Part shown: one piece after another, positions 17,441-25,950 of the stretch
How the letters are laid out: each line of letters starts with the position of its first letter
How positions within the stretch are numbered: position 1 is the stretch's first letter
The notes under the pieces: generated by a model
Told to the model about the DNA's origin: nothing
The model's input: the letters and a program-made list of their open reading frames with translations, nothing else
The model's database searches: none
Origin: Hyperthermus butylicus DSM 5456
GTDB lineage: Archaea; Thermoproteota; Thermoprotei_A; Sulfolobales; Pyrodictiaceae
Length of the DNA: 32,000 nt
Direction of reading: 5' to 3'
Assembly (NCBI RefSeq): GCF_000015145.1
Contig: NC_008818.1
Coordinates: 1,500,001-1,532,000, forward strand
Position numbers and translations under genes: made by a program

Positions 17441-18677
17441 TTACCAGTCTCCGGGCTACAATATAGGCTAGCCCCGAAACAAGCAGCCCATAGAGTAGCG
17501 TGTCGACTATAACGCAGCCCGGCCGGAGCACGGAGAGCGCCGATGCGACAGTGGCCGAGAGGCCCCCTAGCCTCACCACGTGGCCCTGGAGCGCTACCTT
17601 GCCGTCAACCAGGTACTTGTCGATGGGCCCGGTGTAGGTTATGTTGACGAAGCCCCCGCTAAGCCTCACGGTGAGCACTACACCGTTCCCTGAGGGGAAG
17701 ACACCGTATACCCTTGTAACGGTGCCGCCGAGGTAGCCGGTGGCCATGTAGACTGCTGTAGCCACTATTATCAAGCCGGCCGCAATGCCTGCTAGCCTGA
17801 GCCTCCTGGCATACTCTACGCCGGCTCCAGCAGCCCGCACATAGGCCTGCACCGATAGCAAGCCTATAGCGAGGACCAGCAGTATCTTCGAGTAGAATAT
17901 CGCCCGAACCGCTGGATCCTGCATGAAATCCTGGAGGAGCGCTTGTGTGGGATGCAGGCTCGACTCCGCTATACGGGGCGCAGCATAGCTAATCGGCACC
18001 ATTGCATAGGCGGCAACGGCGTAGACCGAGGAAACCACTGGGGCCCTGTCGGGGTCGGTTATGCTGGCCCGGAGCGCAAAGTAGACCAGGTAGACTAGGA
18101 AGAGTAGGAGGACGCCCGTCTCGCGGGGATCCCAGTTCCACGCCTTCCCCCAGGACTCGGCTGCCCAGAAGCTGCCCGAGACAAGCGTGTAGGCGGCGTA
18201 AAGCGTTGCAACGATCAGGAACCCAACAACATACCTATCATAGACTTGGCGCCGGCGGAGCAGGTAGAGTATAGCCGAGACAAACGCGCCAGTGTAGAGT
18301 ACATAGCTGACCATAGCTGTCGGCACATGGATGTAGATGTTGAGGTAGGCAGCAGGGCTTCCCAGAGGCACAAAGGCAGGATAGGACCCCTCCAGTACTG
18401 CATAAGCCGACACCAAAGCGTCAACAATTAGCAGCGTAGCGAGAAACCCCACGAGCCTACCAACACTACCAGCCAAGGCCCGGGAGTCACCCCGCAACAG
18501 CACAGCTGTAGCGTCCTCCCAATCCAGGTGCAAGGCCCACCGAGAACCAGGTAATAAAGCCACCCACGCAAAAATCCGGAGGCGATAGAGCCCCTGGACA
18601 GCATAGCCACATACCACTAGGCGATGTCCGTCCTGCAGCTCAGCCCTAGACACAGTTCTACAGGAATGCCCCGCCAA
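17403..18677 (-). CDS. ccmC: CcmC-like cytochrome c maturation protein with C-terminal OB-like domain
   Basis: 'LNIYIHVPTAMVSYVLYTGAFVSAILYLL', 'WGKAWNWDPRETGVLLLFLVYLVYFALR' (tryptophan-rich heme-handling motif). C-terminal region 'VVLTVRLSGGFVNITYTGPIDKYLVDGKVALQGHVV' follows. The true start is probably internal (around 18500). Confidence 0.82.
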   Translation of the reverse strand: MAGHSCRTVSRAELQDGHRLVVCGYAVQGLYRLRIFAWVALLPGSRWALHLDWEDATAVLLRGDSRALAGSVGRLVGFLATLLIVDALVSAYAVLEGSYPAFVPLGSPAAYLNIYIHVPTAMVSYVLYTGAFVSAILYLLRRRQVYDRYVVGFLIVATLYAAYTLVSGSFWAAESWGKAWNWDPRETGVLLLFLVYLVYFALRASITDPDRAPVVSSVYAVAAYAMVPISYAAPRIAESSLHPTQALLQDFMQDPAVRAIFYSKILLVLAIGLLSVQAYVRAAGAGVEYARRLRLAGIAAGLIIVATAVYMATGYLGGTVTRVYGVFPSGNGVVLTVRLSGGFVNITYTGPIDKYLVDGKVALQGHVVRLGGLSATVASALSVLRPGCVIVDTLLYGLLVSGLAYIVARRLVSGGAGNSGGWQG

Positions 18678-18723
18678 GCGTCGACGGCTCGTAACACTGT
18701 GCTGCCCTGGCAGAGCTGTGCCC

Positions 18724-19374
18724 CTACCGTTTCCCCATCTCCAATAGCTTACCCTCTCTTATCTCGTAGACCTTGTCGGCTATTCCTAGGAGTTCTGGCT
18801 CTCCTTTGGGCGTCGCCGCTATTATCGCTGTGCCGCTGTCTGCTAGACCCCGCAGCATGACCGTTAGTGTCTTGGCAGCGTCGGGGTCTAGGCCGGTTAG
18901 GGGCTCGTCTATGAGGAGTAGTCTTGGTTTGTGGGCCAGGGCTCGGGCTATGTCCCCGCGGCGGCGCCAGCCGAAGCTCAGCCAGCCCGCTAGCTGGCTG
19001 AGCCTCGCCCTTAGCCCTAGCTTTTCCACGATGGGATCGGATGCGGACACGTAGCTTGACGCGTTGTTTAGCCTAGCGTATAACTCGATGTTCTCAGCTA
19101 CGGTTAGCTCGTCGTAGAGGAAGCTGTGGTGCATAACCACGCCTCTGCAGCGCTTCGCCTCGAGGCTCCAGGGCGGGTGACCGCAGACCCTTACCTCTCC
19201 CCTGCTTGGGCGGAGAAGGCCAGCAAGTATCCTTAGCAGCGTGGTCTTCCCGGAGCCGTTGGGGCCTACAATGACTACCAGCTCGCCCTCCTCTACTTTG
19301 AGTTCTACCCCGCGTAGAACCCATTCACCTGGACGGTAGGCCTTCCAGAGGTTCCTCGCGTAGGCTATGGTCAA
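18724..19374 (-). CDS. ccmA: CcmA-like ABC transporter ATP-binding protein
   Basis: 216 aa; Walker A 'IVGPNGSGKTTLLRILAGLLRP', signature region 'LSFGWRRRGDIARALAHKPRLLLIDEPLTGLD'. Its start overlaps the ccmF stop by 4 nt. Confidence 0.88.
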   Translation of the reverse strand: MTIAYARNLWKAYRPGEWVLRGVELKVEEGELVVIVGPNGSGKTTLLRILAGLLRPSRGEVRVCGHPPWSLEAKRCRGVVMHHSFLYDELTVAENIELYARLNNASSYVSASDPIVEKLGLRARLSQLAGWLSFGWRRRGDIARALAHKPRLLLIDEPLTGLDPDAAKTLTVMLRGLADSGTAIIAATPKGEPELLGIADKVYEIREGKLLEMGKR

Positions 19375-22300
19375 GCCCTGCCAGCCCTCCTCGATGCGAG
19401 CACGCCTACGGCTGCGAGGTATAGTGCTGAGACCGCCATTACCACTGGGCCTATCCAGACGAGCCTCACGCCGGGCACGAGCTTAACCTGTAGGCGTAGA
19501 CCATCCCTTACCAGTGTAGAGTTTGCAGGGTCGAACTTCGAGGCCAGAATGTAGACGTCTAGGAGGCTGTTCTCCAGGAACGCCCTTGCCTGTTGCTTCT
19601 CGAGGCCGGATACGAAGTCTGCGTTGTAGCCTCCAACCATTACTGCTGCCAGGGCTAGTCGATCCGGCACGGTGAGGTTCTTGAATGCCTCGTGGAGATA
19701 GTAGATTAGCAGCTCGTGATACGCCACGGCCTTGCCGTAGATTATGCTATCCACTACAGGCGGGTTAATGACTATGTATAGCTCGTCGAGCCCCAGGCCG
19801 GGATGCATAACCTTTGGTACAAGCCCATGGATACCTTGTACCTCTCCATAGGCTTCGAATCGTATCCTCAGCTTGACCTCCCTAAGGTCATCGCCCCTTC
19901 CCACCAGCAGCTTGACATCCAGCCAGGCTGTTTCGGGTACAAGCCTCGGCGCCGCCACGTAGGCCCTGCAACTATCAGCGAATAGTGCACCGGAGGCTAG
20001 ACAGTCCCTGGTGAACGCTAGCTCGAGCACTCTATCCGGCTCCCTCAGCAGCTCGTAGAGACCTGTCTCGTTAAGTAGGCGCATCAGCTCCCGGTACCTC
20101 TCGTCCTGGGAGACCACAGCGTAGACTACGAGGGGGCGTGGTAGCTCAGCCGGTATGGCTATAGAGGTGTTGCCCCATACCACGAGCCTACCAGCATCAA
20201 TGCCTATCACCGAGTCCTCGCCGGTTATCCTCCCATCTTCCACCCTTAGGGGGGCACCCTTCCCCGCTGATAGCATCGCCTGCGAGGTTAGCGTAGCATT
20301 CACCACCTCTACAGTAATGTTGCCCAGGACTATCCTTGTAGGCTCATTGAATTCTAGTGCTAAAAGCTCGTGTACCCCCAGGAGGGGCGGCATGAAGGCT
20401 GACACGTTCCTCTGAAGCTCGAGGACCATTCTTGCAGCGCTCAGCCTCAGGTAGACCATGAGCCTGCCTGTCTCCTCGTCCAGGACCGGGGCTGGTGTGA
20501 GCGTTACATTCGTCAGCATGATGCGTACCGGCTCGTTGTAGGCTATAACCATTGTAGCATTCTGTGTGAAGCTGATAAACCTCACGGTAGCGTTAGCCTC
20601 GACGGTAAAGTTGCCCAGGTATACTAGCTCGTCGCGCATCGTTAGGTTGAGAAGGAGGCGCAGCGTCCTGTTCTCGTATAGGCTCCTACCGACCTCATAG
20701 TCACGTATAATGGATGCCATATCGTTTGCCAGAGTGTAGAGGGCCACTTGGCCATAGTAGTAGCTGCTGCTTCTCCCAACGTACTGCGTATAGATGTCCA
20801 CTCGGGAACTGCTTATTCCGTAGCTGTAGTCCTCAAAGACTAGCTTGACTCCGCCCGGGAGCTCGAGCACCTCGCCCGGCTTCAGCGTGTAGTCCCGAAG
20901 GTACACCGTATTGAAGGCGTATGTGCCGCTGAGCAGGATGCCCAGCACGGTGAGTGAGAGGCCTAGGTGTAGGAGTGAGAGCCCGGAGAGACGGTCGCCG
21001 AGCAGTGTTGGGGATCTACGGCGGACCTGCAAGGCTATGTACGTAGCTGTGGAGGCCGCTGCAGTGACGGCCCAGGGGAGCCCAAATGCCATCAGTATAC
21101 TGGTTTCCTGAGGGCTAAGCGGGGCTAACACAATGTAGCCACGATACGCGGCTACTGCTAGCACACTAGCTATGACTGCTGTGGTTGCTGTGAGTGCTGC
21201 GTAGCCCCTCCAGCCCAGCCACTTGCCGGTAAACACTGCCGGTATTGCAGCGAGCATCGCTATGAGTAGCGGGTAGAGCACCGGGTGGTAGAATTCTACG
21301 CCCTCCTTCATCTGCGGCACCGTGACTTCGTGGCCGGCTAGCGTGTAGAGAGCCGGGATGAAAAGCGACGCGTAGACAAACACCGAGGCTGCCAGAAGCG
21401 CCGCAAAGGCCACGGCGAGGCCTACACGGTACGTGTCGAGGCTGCGAATCGCCCTCGACAGCTCCTTGCCCGCCAACTCTACGCTGGTGTAGAGCCTCCA
21501 GACAGCGTAAGCGAACGCTGCCGCGCCCAGGGAGAGGAGGCTCGCTGCACCAATAGTGGAAGCCGCGAAGCTGTGTAAGGGGCTAAGACCGCTCCTCGTA
21601 ACGTACATCGCGGTGAATATGCTTGAGAGAAGCCAGGCAGCATTGAACCCGCTAAGGCTGGGGGCTACTGCGAGCATGTGGGCTAGCAGGGTAGCTACGA
21701 GCCAGACCATTAGCTCGCTGGTCTCAACCGGGTCCCAGGCCCAGTAGCCTCCCCAGCCGAAGGTCTCGTAGCTCCAATACCCTCCTATCAGTATGCCAAG
21801 GGTTAGCAGTGCCCAGCCAACCTCGTAGAGTATGTAGCCCTCCCTCCTGACGCCAGCCAGGAACGCTATAGAGGAGACAGCTAGCAGGGCGTAGCCCCCA
21901 AACGTTGTGAGCGGATGGGGGTAGAGCCAGGGGCTCTTAAGCAGCGGATTTAGCCCGGCACCGCTAGCCGGGGGCTCCGGCAGCACCGTGAACGCATCGT
22001 TGAGGAATGCTGCAAGGAGACCGACGGTAACAACGACGGCTACTCCACCAGCTAGCCACCTCACCTCGTGACGGCGTAGGAGGTAGAGCCCCGCAAGGCT
22101 AGCGACAACGCTGAAGAGGTAAAGACTCCCGCCGCCCCCAGCCCATGCAGAGGCAAGCCTCATCCACAGGGGTAGGCCGGGGCTGGTATTCCAGAAGACC
22201 TCGTGCAGAGTGAAGTCCAGCCTTATGAATGGTATCCAGTAGACTAGCCAGCCAACAGCAGCCAACACGAGGCCGAGCTTGAGTATCCTCTCTACACGCC

Positions 22301-22400
22301 TACCAAGGGCTAGCGATGCTATGGCGCTATAGGCTACCAGTGCAAGCGCTGCTGCAGGCAGTATCGCTGTGTAGTGGAGTCCAAACAGCGAGAACGCCAA
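19371..22400 (-). CDS. ccmF: CcmF-like cytochrome c heme lyase, enlarged
   Basis: 1009 aa; 'EVFWNTSPGLPLWMRLASAWAGGGGSLYLF', 'GWGGYWAWDPVETSELMVWLVATLLAHML' (WWD domain), 'LSLLHLGLSLTVLGILLSGTY'. Large extracytoplasmic region of several hundred residues before the last TM. Confidence 0.9.
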   Translation of the reverse strand: MAFSLFGLHYTAILPAAALALVAYSAIASLALGRRVERILKLGLVLAAVGWLVYWIPFIRLDFTLHEVFWNTSPGLPLWMRLASAWAGGGGSLYLFSVVASLAGLYLLRRHEVRWLAGGVAVVVTVGLLAAFLNDAFTVLPEPPASGAGLNPLLKSPWLYPHPLTTFGGYALLAVSSIAFLAGVRREGYILYEVGWALLTLGILIGGYWSYETFGWGGYWAWDPVETSELMVWLVATLLAHMLAVAPSLSGFNAAWLLSSIFTAMYVTRSGLSPLHSFAASTIGAASLLSLGAAAFAYAVWRLYTSVELAGKELSRAIRSLDTYRVGLAVAFAALLAASVFVYASLFIPALYTLAGHEVTVPQMKEGVEFYHPVLYPLLIAMLAAIPAVFTGKWLGWRGYAALTATTAVIASVLAVAAYRGYIVLAPLSPQETSILMAFGLPWAVTAAASTATYIALQVRRRSPTLLGDRLSGLSLLHLGLSLTVLGILLSGTYAFNTVYLRDYTLKPGEVLELPGGVKLVFEDYSYGISSSRVDIYTQYVGRSSSYYYGQVALYTLANDMASIIRDYEVGRSLYENRTLRLLLNLTMRDELVYLGNFTVEANATVRFISFTQNATMVIAYNEPVRIMLTNVTLTPAPVLDEETGRLMVYLRLSAARMVLELQRNVSAFMPPLLGVHELLALEFNEPTRIVLGNITVEVVNATLTSQAMLSAGKGAPLRVEDGRITGEDSVIGIDAGRLVVWGNTSIAIPAELPRPLVVYAVVSQDERYRELMRLLNETGLYELLREPDRVLELAFTRDCLASGALFADSCRAYVAAPRLVPETAWLDVKLLVGRGDDLREVKLRIRFEAYGEVQGIHGLVPKVMHPGLGLDELYIVINPPVVDSIIYGKAVAYHELLIYYLHEAFKNLTVPDRLALAAVMVGGYNADFVSGLEKQQARAFLENSLLDVYILASKFDPANSTLVRDGLRLQVKLVPGVRLVWIGPVVMAVSALYLAAVGVLASRRAGRA

Positions 22401-22417
22401 GGCAACACATCACCTCT

Positions 22418-23989
22418 CTAGACCAGCTGTAGGCTGTACATGAGTAGGTAGAGCCCCGAGGCTAGGAGGACTGCTCCACCAATCCTGCTTAGTAGGCTGC
22501 TCCTGGCGAGGAGCCTGTCTACAACACCCGCGCCCAGCCTGGATACGGTGTAGAGGGCTAGGGCTAGGGGCACGCTAACGCCGAGGGCGAAGCTTGATGC
22601 GACAAGCAGCGCTGACACAGTGCTCCCAGCACTAGCGATGAGTAGAAGTGCACCCACAACGAGGGGAAGGTTGCACTGCACAGCAAGGAACCCATAAGCG
22701 GCACAGAAGCCTATGAGGCCGCCCCTCCTAGCCGATATGATCCCCTCCAGCTCAACCGGGACCCCAAGCAGCCCCCCGAAACCAGCAGCAATAACAGCCG
22801 ACGCTATAACTGGTATTAGCACCTCCTGCAGCCTCGACACAGCGGCGCCGAACAGGACGAAGAGGGCACCTATCCCGAGCACCCCCACAAAGCTCGCGAG
22901 ACCACAGAGCCCACAGCTGCTAGCCGACATGACGCGGCCCCGAGAGCTGACGACAGCTGCCTGCGTAACCAGTAGCGGGAGAACACAAGGCGAGAATGCG
23001 GCCACAAAACCAGCTGCAAAGGCTGCTAGTGCACCTACAAGCCCTACTAGCTGCTGACTCCCGCTAGCCGTTACACTGATGACTGTAGCCTCGCCAGGCC
23101 CGGGCTCCACAGCCATAGCTTCAAGCGTGTCGTTGAAGAGTCTAGGCGGCTCCCTGCCGAGCAGCATAGCAGAGATGTACTCTAGCAGGTACGTAGCCCT
23201 ATCAACCTCGTAGGATGTGAGGTCCTGTACATACTTCCTCATGCCAGCTACAGCCTCGTGGAGCAAGTTGTAGCCACCGTAGAGCTCGCTTAGCGTCCGA
23301 TTAGACCTCAACGCTTCGACAAGCCTCTCGGCAAGCATGTCGCCTGCCACAGCCCTACGCGACTCAAGCCAAACCCTCAACGATTCAGTGTCGATACCTT
23401 CTATGTGGCCGTGGCATACTGCGCATCTAGAGTTGAAGACCTGGAGGCCCTCAGAGGCAAGCCTCTCCGGGTTAGAGGCCACAGCAAGCCCGGCAGCTGA
23501 AAGGGCCCAGGATAGCATAGCCTCGGTTATGTTTCCGCCCCAAAAGCCCCCCACATGCCTTGCAACCGGTTTACCGTCAACGAAGACTATGAAGGTCGGA
23601 GTCTCGGAGACGCCATAGCGGCGAAAAGCGGGGTCGCTTTCACCACTGTACATTATGTGGTAGAACTCTACGGGGAGCTGGCTACTAGCCTCCTCCAGCC
23701 GGGCCCAGTACGGGTACATCTTCCTGCACACCGGGCAGCTGGGAGCCTCAAACATTACAGCCACTGGCTTCTCCGTCTCCTCTAGGAGCTTCTCGAGAGC
23801 AGCAAGGTTCGGTATACTGTTCCCCGAAACCTTGAGGTAGACCTTGGAATCTCCCTCCATGTACACAAGCAGCGAGAACACTACAACAGCAGATATGGTC
23901 ACCAAGACTACGAGTAGCGCGCCGCTACGCTTCCGCCTCTGGAACCCCTCAAGGTCTAGCCTCATGCTCCTACGCCGCAGCCCCGACAA
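22418..23989 (-). CDS. Fusion protein: thioredoxin-like domain (CPVC), cytochrome c-like domain (CAVCH), CcdA/DsbD-type transmembrane domain
   Basis: 523 aa single ORF; 'KPVAVMFEAPSCPVCRKMYPYWARLEE...GVSETPTFIVFVDGKPV', 'LASEGLQVFNSRCAVCHGHIEG...AVAGMRKYVQDLTSYEVDRATYLLEYISAML', 'FVAAFSPCVLPLLVTQAA...FLAVQCNLPLVVGALLL'. Confidence 0.88.
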   Translation of the reverse strand: MSGLRRRSMRLDLEGFQRRKRSGALLVVLVTISAVVVFSLLVYMEGDSKVYLKVSGNSIPNLAALEKLLEETEKPVAVMFEAPSCPVCRKMYPYWARLEEASSQLPVEFYHIMYSGESDPAFRRYGVSETPTFIVFVDGKPVARHVGGFWGGNITEAMLSWALSAAGLAVASNPERLASEGLQVFNSRCAVCHGHIEGIDTESLRVWLESRRAVAGDMLAERLVEALRSNRTLSELYGGYNLLHEAVAGMRKYVQDLTSYEVDRATYLLEYISAMLLGREPPRLFNDTLEAMAVEPGPGEATVISVTASGSQQLVGLVGALAAFAAGFVAAFSPCVLPLLVTQAAVVSSRGRVMSASSCGLCGLASFVGVLGIGALFVLFGAAVSRLQEVLIPVIASAVIAAGFGGLLGVPVELEGIISARRGGLIGFCAAYGFLAVQCNLPLVVGALLLIASAGSTVSALLVASSFALGVSVPLALALYTVSRLGAGVVDRLLARSSLLSRIGGAVLLASGLYLLMYSLQLV

Positions 23990-24142
23990 GACCCCTCAGC
24001 CACACCCCAGTACGGCCCGCAACCAGGCCCCCTTGCCAGGCGAAGCACACAGCAGCCACCCCAGTACAAAATTATACCTTTCAAGAAAATATTCGGGTGT
24101 AACAGCCGGGAGGCCCGAGAGCCCCATGTAGGGGCTCGCCGT

Positions 24143-24997
24143 CTAGGAGCCCCCAGCCGCAACTACAGCTGCGGCCTTCCCAGGCTCGGAGACACTTGTC
24201 TCCTCGTCCTTACAAGCCTTCTTGTTGCTGGTAAGCTTCTCCTCGATGAACCTCCGGTGCGCCTCACGGTTTAGTATTATGCCGACAAGGTAGTGTGGAA
24301 GCTCGTGCCGGACAAATGCCTCCACAACCTTGGCCTCAGCCTTCCGGAGTAGTTCAGCCAGCGTAGAAACCGAGACGCCGAGCTTTGCAGCTAGACTCTT
24401 AAGACTAATCCTTCGTGGGAAGCTATAGTAGCCCATCAGGTAGGCGTAGATAAGTGCTAGCTCCTGCTTCTCGGTCAGCATGTAGTCGTACTCGTCGATA
24501 CGATGCATGAATACTATCCTGTACCCGCTAGACCGGAGGTAATCTAGCCCCTTCCCCCGCGCCACTATGAACTCGCAGAGAATACCATAGGGCGCAATTA
24601 TAACGGACTTAGCCATAACACCTATGGGAGCTGATACCAGTAGACAGCTCTTACCATTCCGTAGGCACGCACACTTAGACACATCGACGAGGATCCTGTA
24701 TACGTTGTTAAACTTGCTGGAATAGACGCGCTGGAAGGCAAGCCCATCCATTCGCTTCAGCTGTCTCTCAAACTCTTCCATCGATCCGTTCCCGCCGCTA
24801 GCCCGAACCCAGAGCTCCGTAACGCCCCGCTCCCAGTCAATGTTAACCCTCAAGACGCGCGCAGCGAGACCACTAACAAGCCTAAGCGGGCCGCTATCAG
24901 TATCGCTGCTCTTCTTAGCAGCACTGCTAACCGCCATGTACAGCGGACATTCAAGGTTGTCGCGGAGGCAGAACACTACTAGTGGCACATTCGACAT
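24143..24997 (-). CDS. HTH_10 (bacterio-opsin activator-like) transcriptional regulator
   Basis: 284 aa; 'YDYMLTEKQELALIYAYLMGYYSFPRRISLKSLAAKLGVSVSTLAELLRKAEAKVVEAFVRHEL' is the typical archaeal HTH_10 block. Cys-rich N-terminal sensor-like part. Confidence 0.8.
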   Translation of the reverse strand: MSNVPLVVFCLRDNLECPLYMAVSSAAKKSSDTDSGPLRLVSGLAARVLRVNIDWERGVTELWVRASGGNGSMEEFERQLKRMDGLAFQRVYSSKFNNVYRILVDVSKCACLRNGKSCLLVSAPIGVMAKSVIIAPYGILCEFIVARGKGLDYLRSSGYRIVFMHRIDEYDYMLTEKQELALIYAYLMGYYSFPRRISLKSLAAKLGVSVSTLAELLRKAEAKVVEAFVRHELPHYLVGIILNREAHRRFIEEKLTSNKKACKDEETSVSEPGKAAAVVAAGGS

Positions 24998-25354
24998 GCT
25001 AACACCCAGAGGCGCCAGAGCCCAAGGTAACTACCCTGCTACCAGCCCAAACCTATACCAACGATATAGTATGCAAAATGTTTTGCCGAAAATTTTCGGG
25101 ACGTATGTACGGTATACCCAGCTTCTACCCACACAACGCCCAGCCACGCTGCCAAAAACGGCACCTAACAACCCTCCCCCTCACGGCGAGAAAACCGTGG
25201 AACCCATCCAAGGCTGGGTACCCATAACCCCCTATTACATCAAGGTTACCAACAATGATCTACGGCAGAGACAGCATTAGTGCCATGAGGTCTTCGCGAT
25301 TTCCCCTTGAGTTCTCGCCGTATAGGAGGCATGAGAGCCGTTATAGTTTACTGA

Positions 25355-25366
25355 GTTATTTAAATT
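25355..25366 (+). promoter_or_regulatory. Candidate archaeal TATA box upstream of the CBS gene
   Basis: 'gttatttaaatt' about 25-30 nt upstream of the TTG at 25387, compatible with leaderless transcription. Confidence 0.35.
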
Positions 25367-25386
25367 CCGAAATGTGGAGTGAATAG

Positions 25387-25929
25387 TTGGACCTTGGCCT
25401 GGCTGTGAACAGCAAGAACATACAATTCCTGTTGCCTATTATCGTGAATTACTTGGCTTACTTGTTTGGGCCATGTGCTTGGCTGTGGTGGGTTTTTGTT
25501 GGGGGTGTGTTGTGGGTTTGTGCTTGGGGTGGAGTTTTGCCCCTTGTTACTGCTCGGGATTTGATTAGGGATTCTCGTCTGGTGTATGCTTTTCTGGATG
25601 GAACAATTACTGATGCTGTTAAGCGTAAGACCGAGCCTAGTGTTGGTAGTGTACCGGTTGTTGGTCATGATATGAGACTTCTTGGTATTTTTACCGAGAG
25701 GGATCCTGTGGGGCTTATTGCTAGTGATGAGAGTCTCGATCGGAGTCTTGGAGAGGTTATGATGTGGGGTCTTGGTGTGGCTCATCCTGATGATTCGCTT
25801 CCGAGTACTGCATATAAAATGGTACGGCACGGGGCTAGGCATACCCCAGTTGTTGATGAGGATGATAGGCTCCTTTGCGTGGTGAGTATTCGTCGGGTAC
25901 CGCAGTACATGCTTGCTGGAAGTGAATAG
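25387..25929 (+). CDS. CBS domain-containing protein (unusual N-terminus)
   Basis: 180 aa; 'GTITDAVKRKTEPSVGSVPVVGHDMRLLGIFTERDPVGLI...LGEVM...AHPDDSLPSTAYKMVRHGARHTPVVDEDDRLLCVVSIRRV' matches CBS-pair repeats. Confidence 0.75.
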   Translation: MDLGLAVNSKNIQFLLPIIVNYLAYLFGPCAWLWWVFVGGVLWVCAWGGVLPLVTARDLIRDSRLVYAFLDGTITDAVKRKTEPSVGSVPVVGHDMRLLGIFTERDPVGLIASDESLDRSLGEVMMWGLGVAHPDDSLPSTAYKMVRHGARHTPVVDEDDRLLCVVSIRRVPQYMLAGSE

Positions 25930-25950
25930 CCTTAGGGGGTTGTTGGGGTC

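Noticed and set aside
19094-19324. Minus-strand ORF inside ccmA in another frame
   Set aside because: Out-of-frame shadow of the Walker A region of ccmA.
24840-25280. 146-aa plus-strand ORF across the regulator start and intergenic region
   Set aside because: Mostly antisense to the regulator; no domain signal.
25360-25842. 160-aa minus-strand ORF opposite the CBS gene
   Set aside because: Low-complexity Asn/Thr/Lys-rich translation; the plus strand encodes recognisable CBS repeats.
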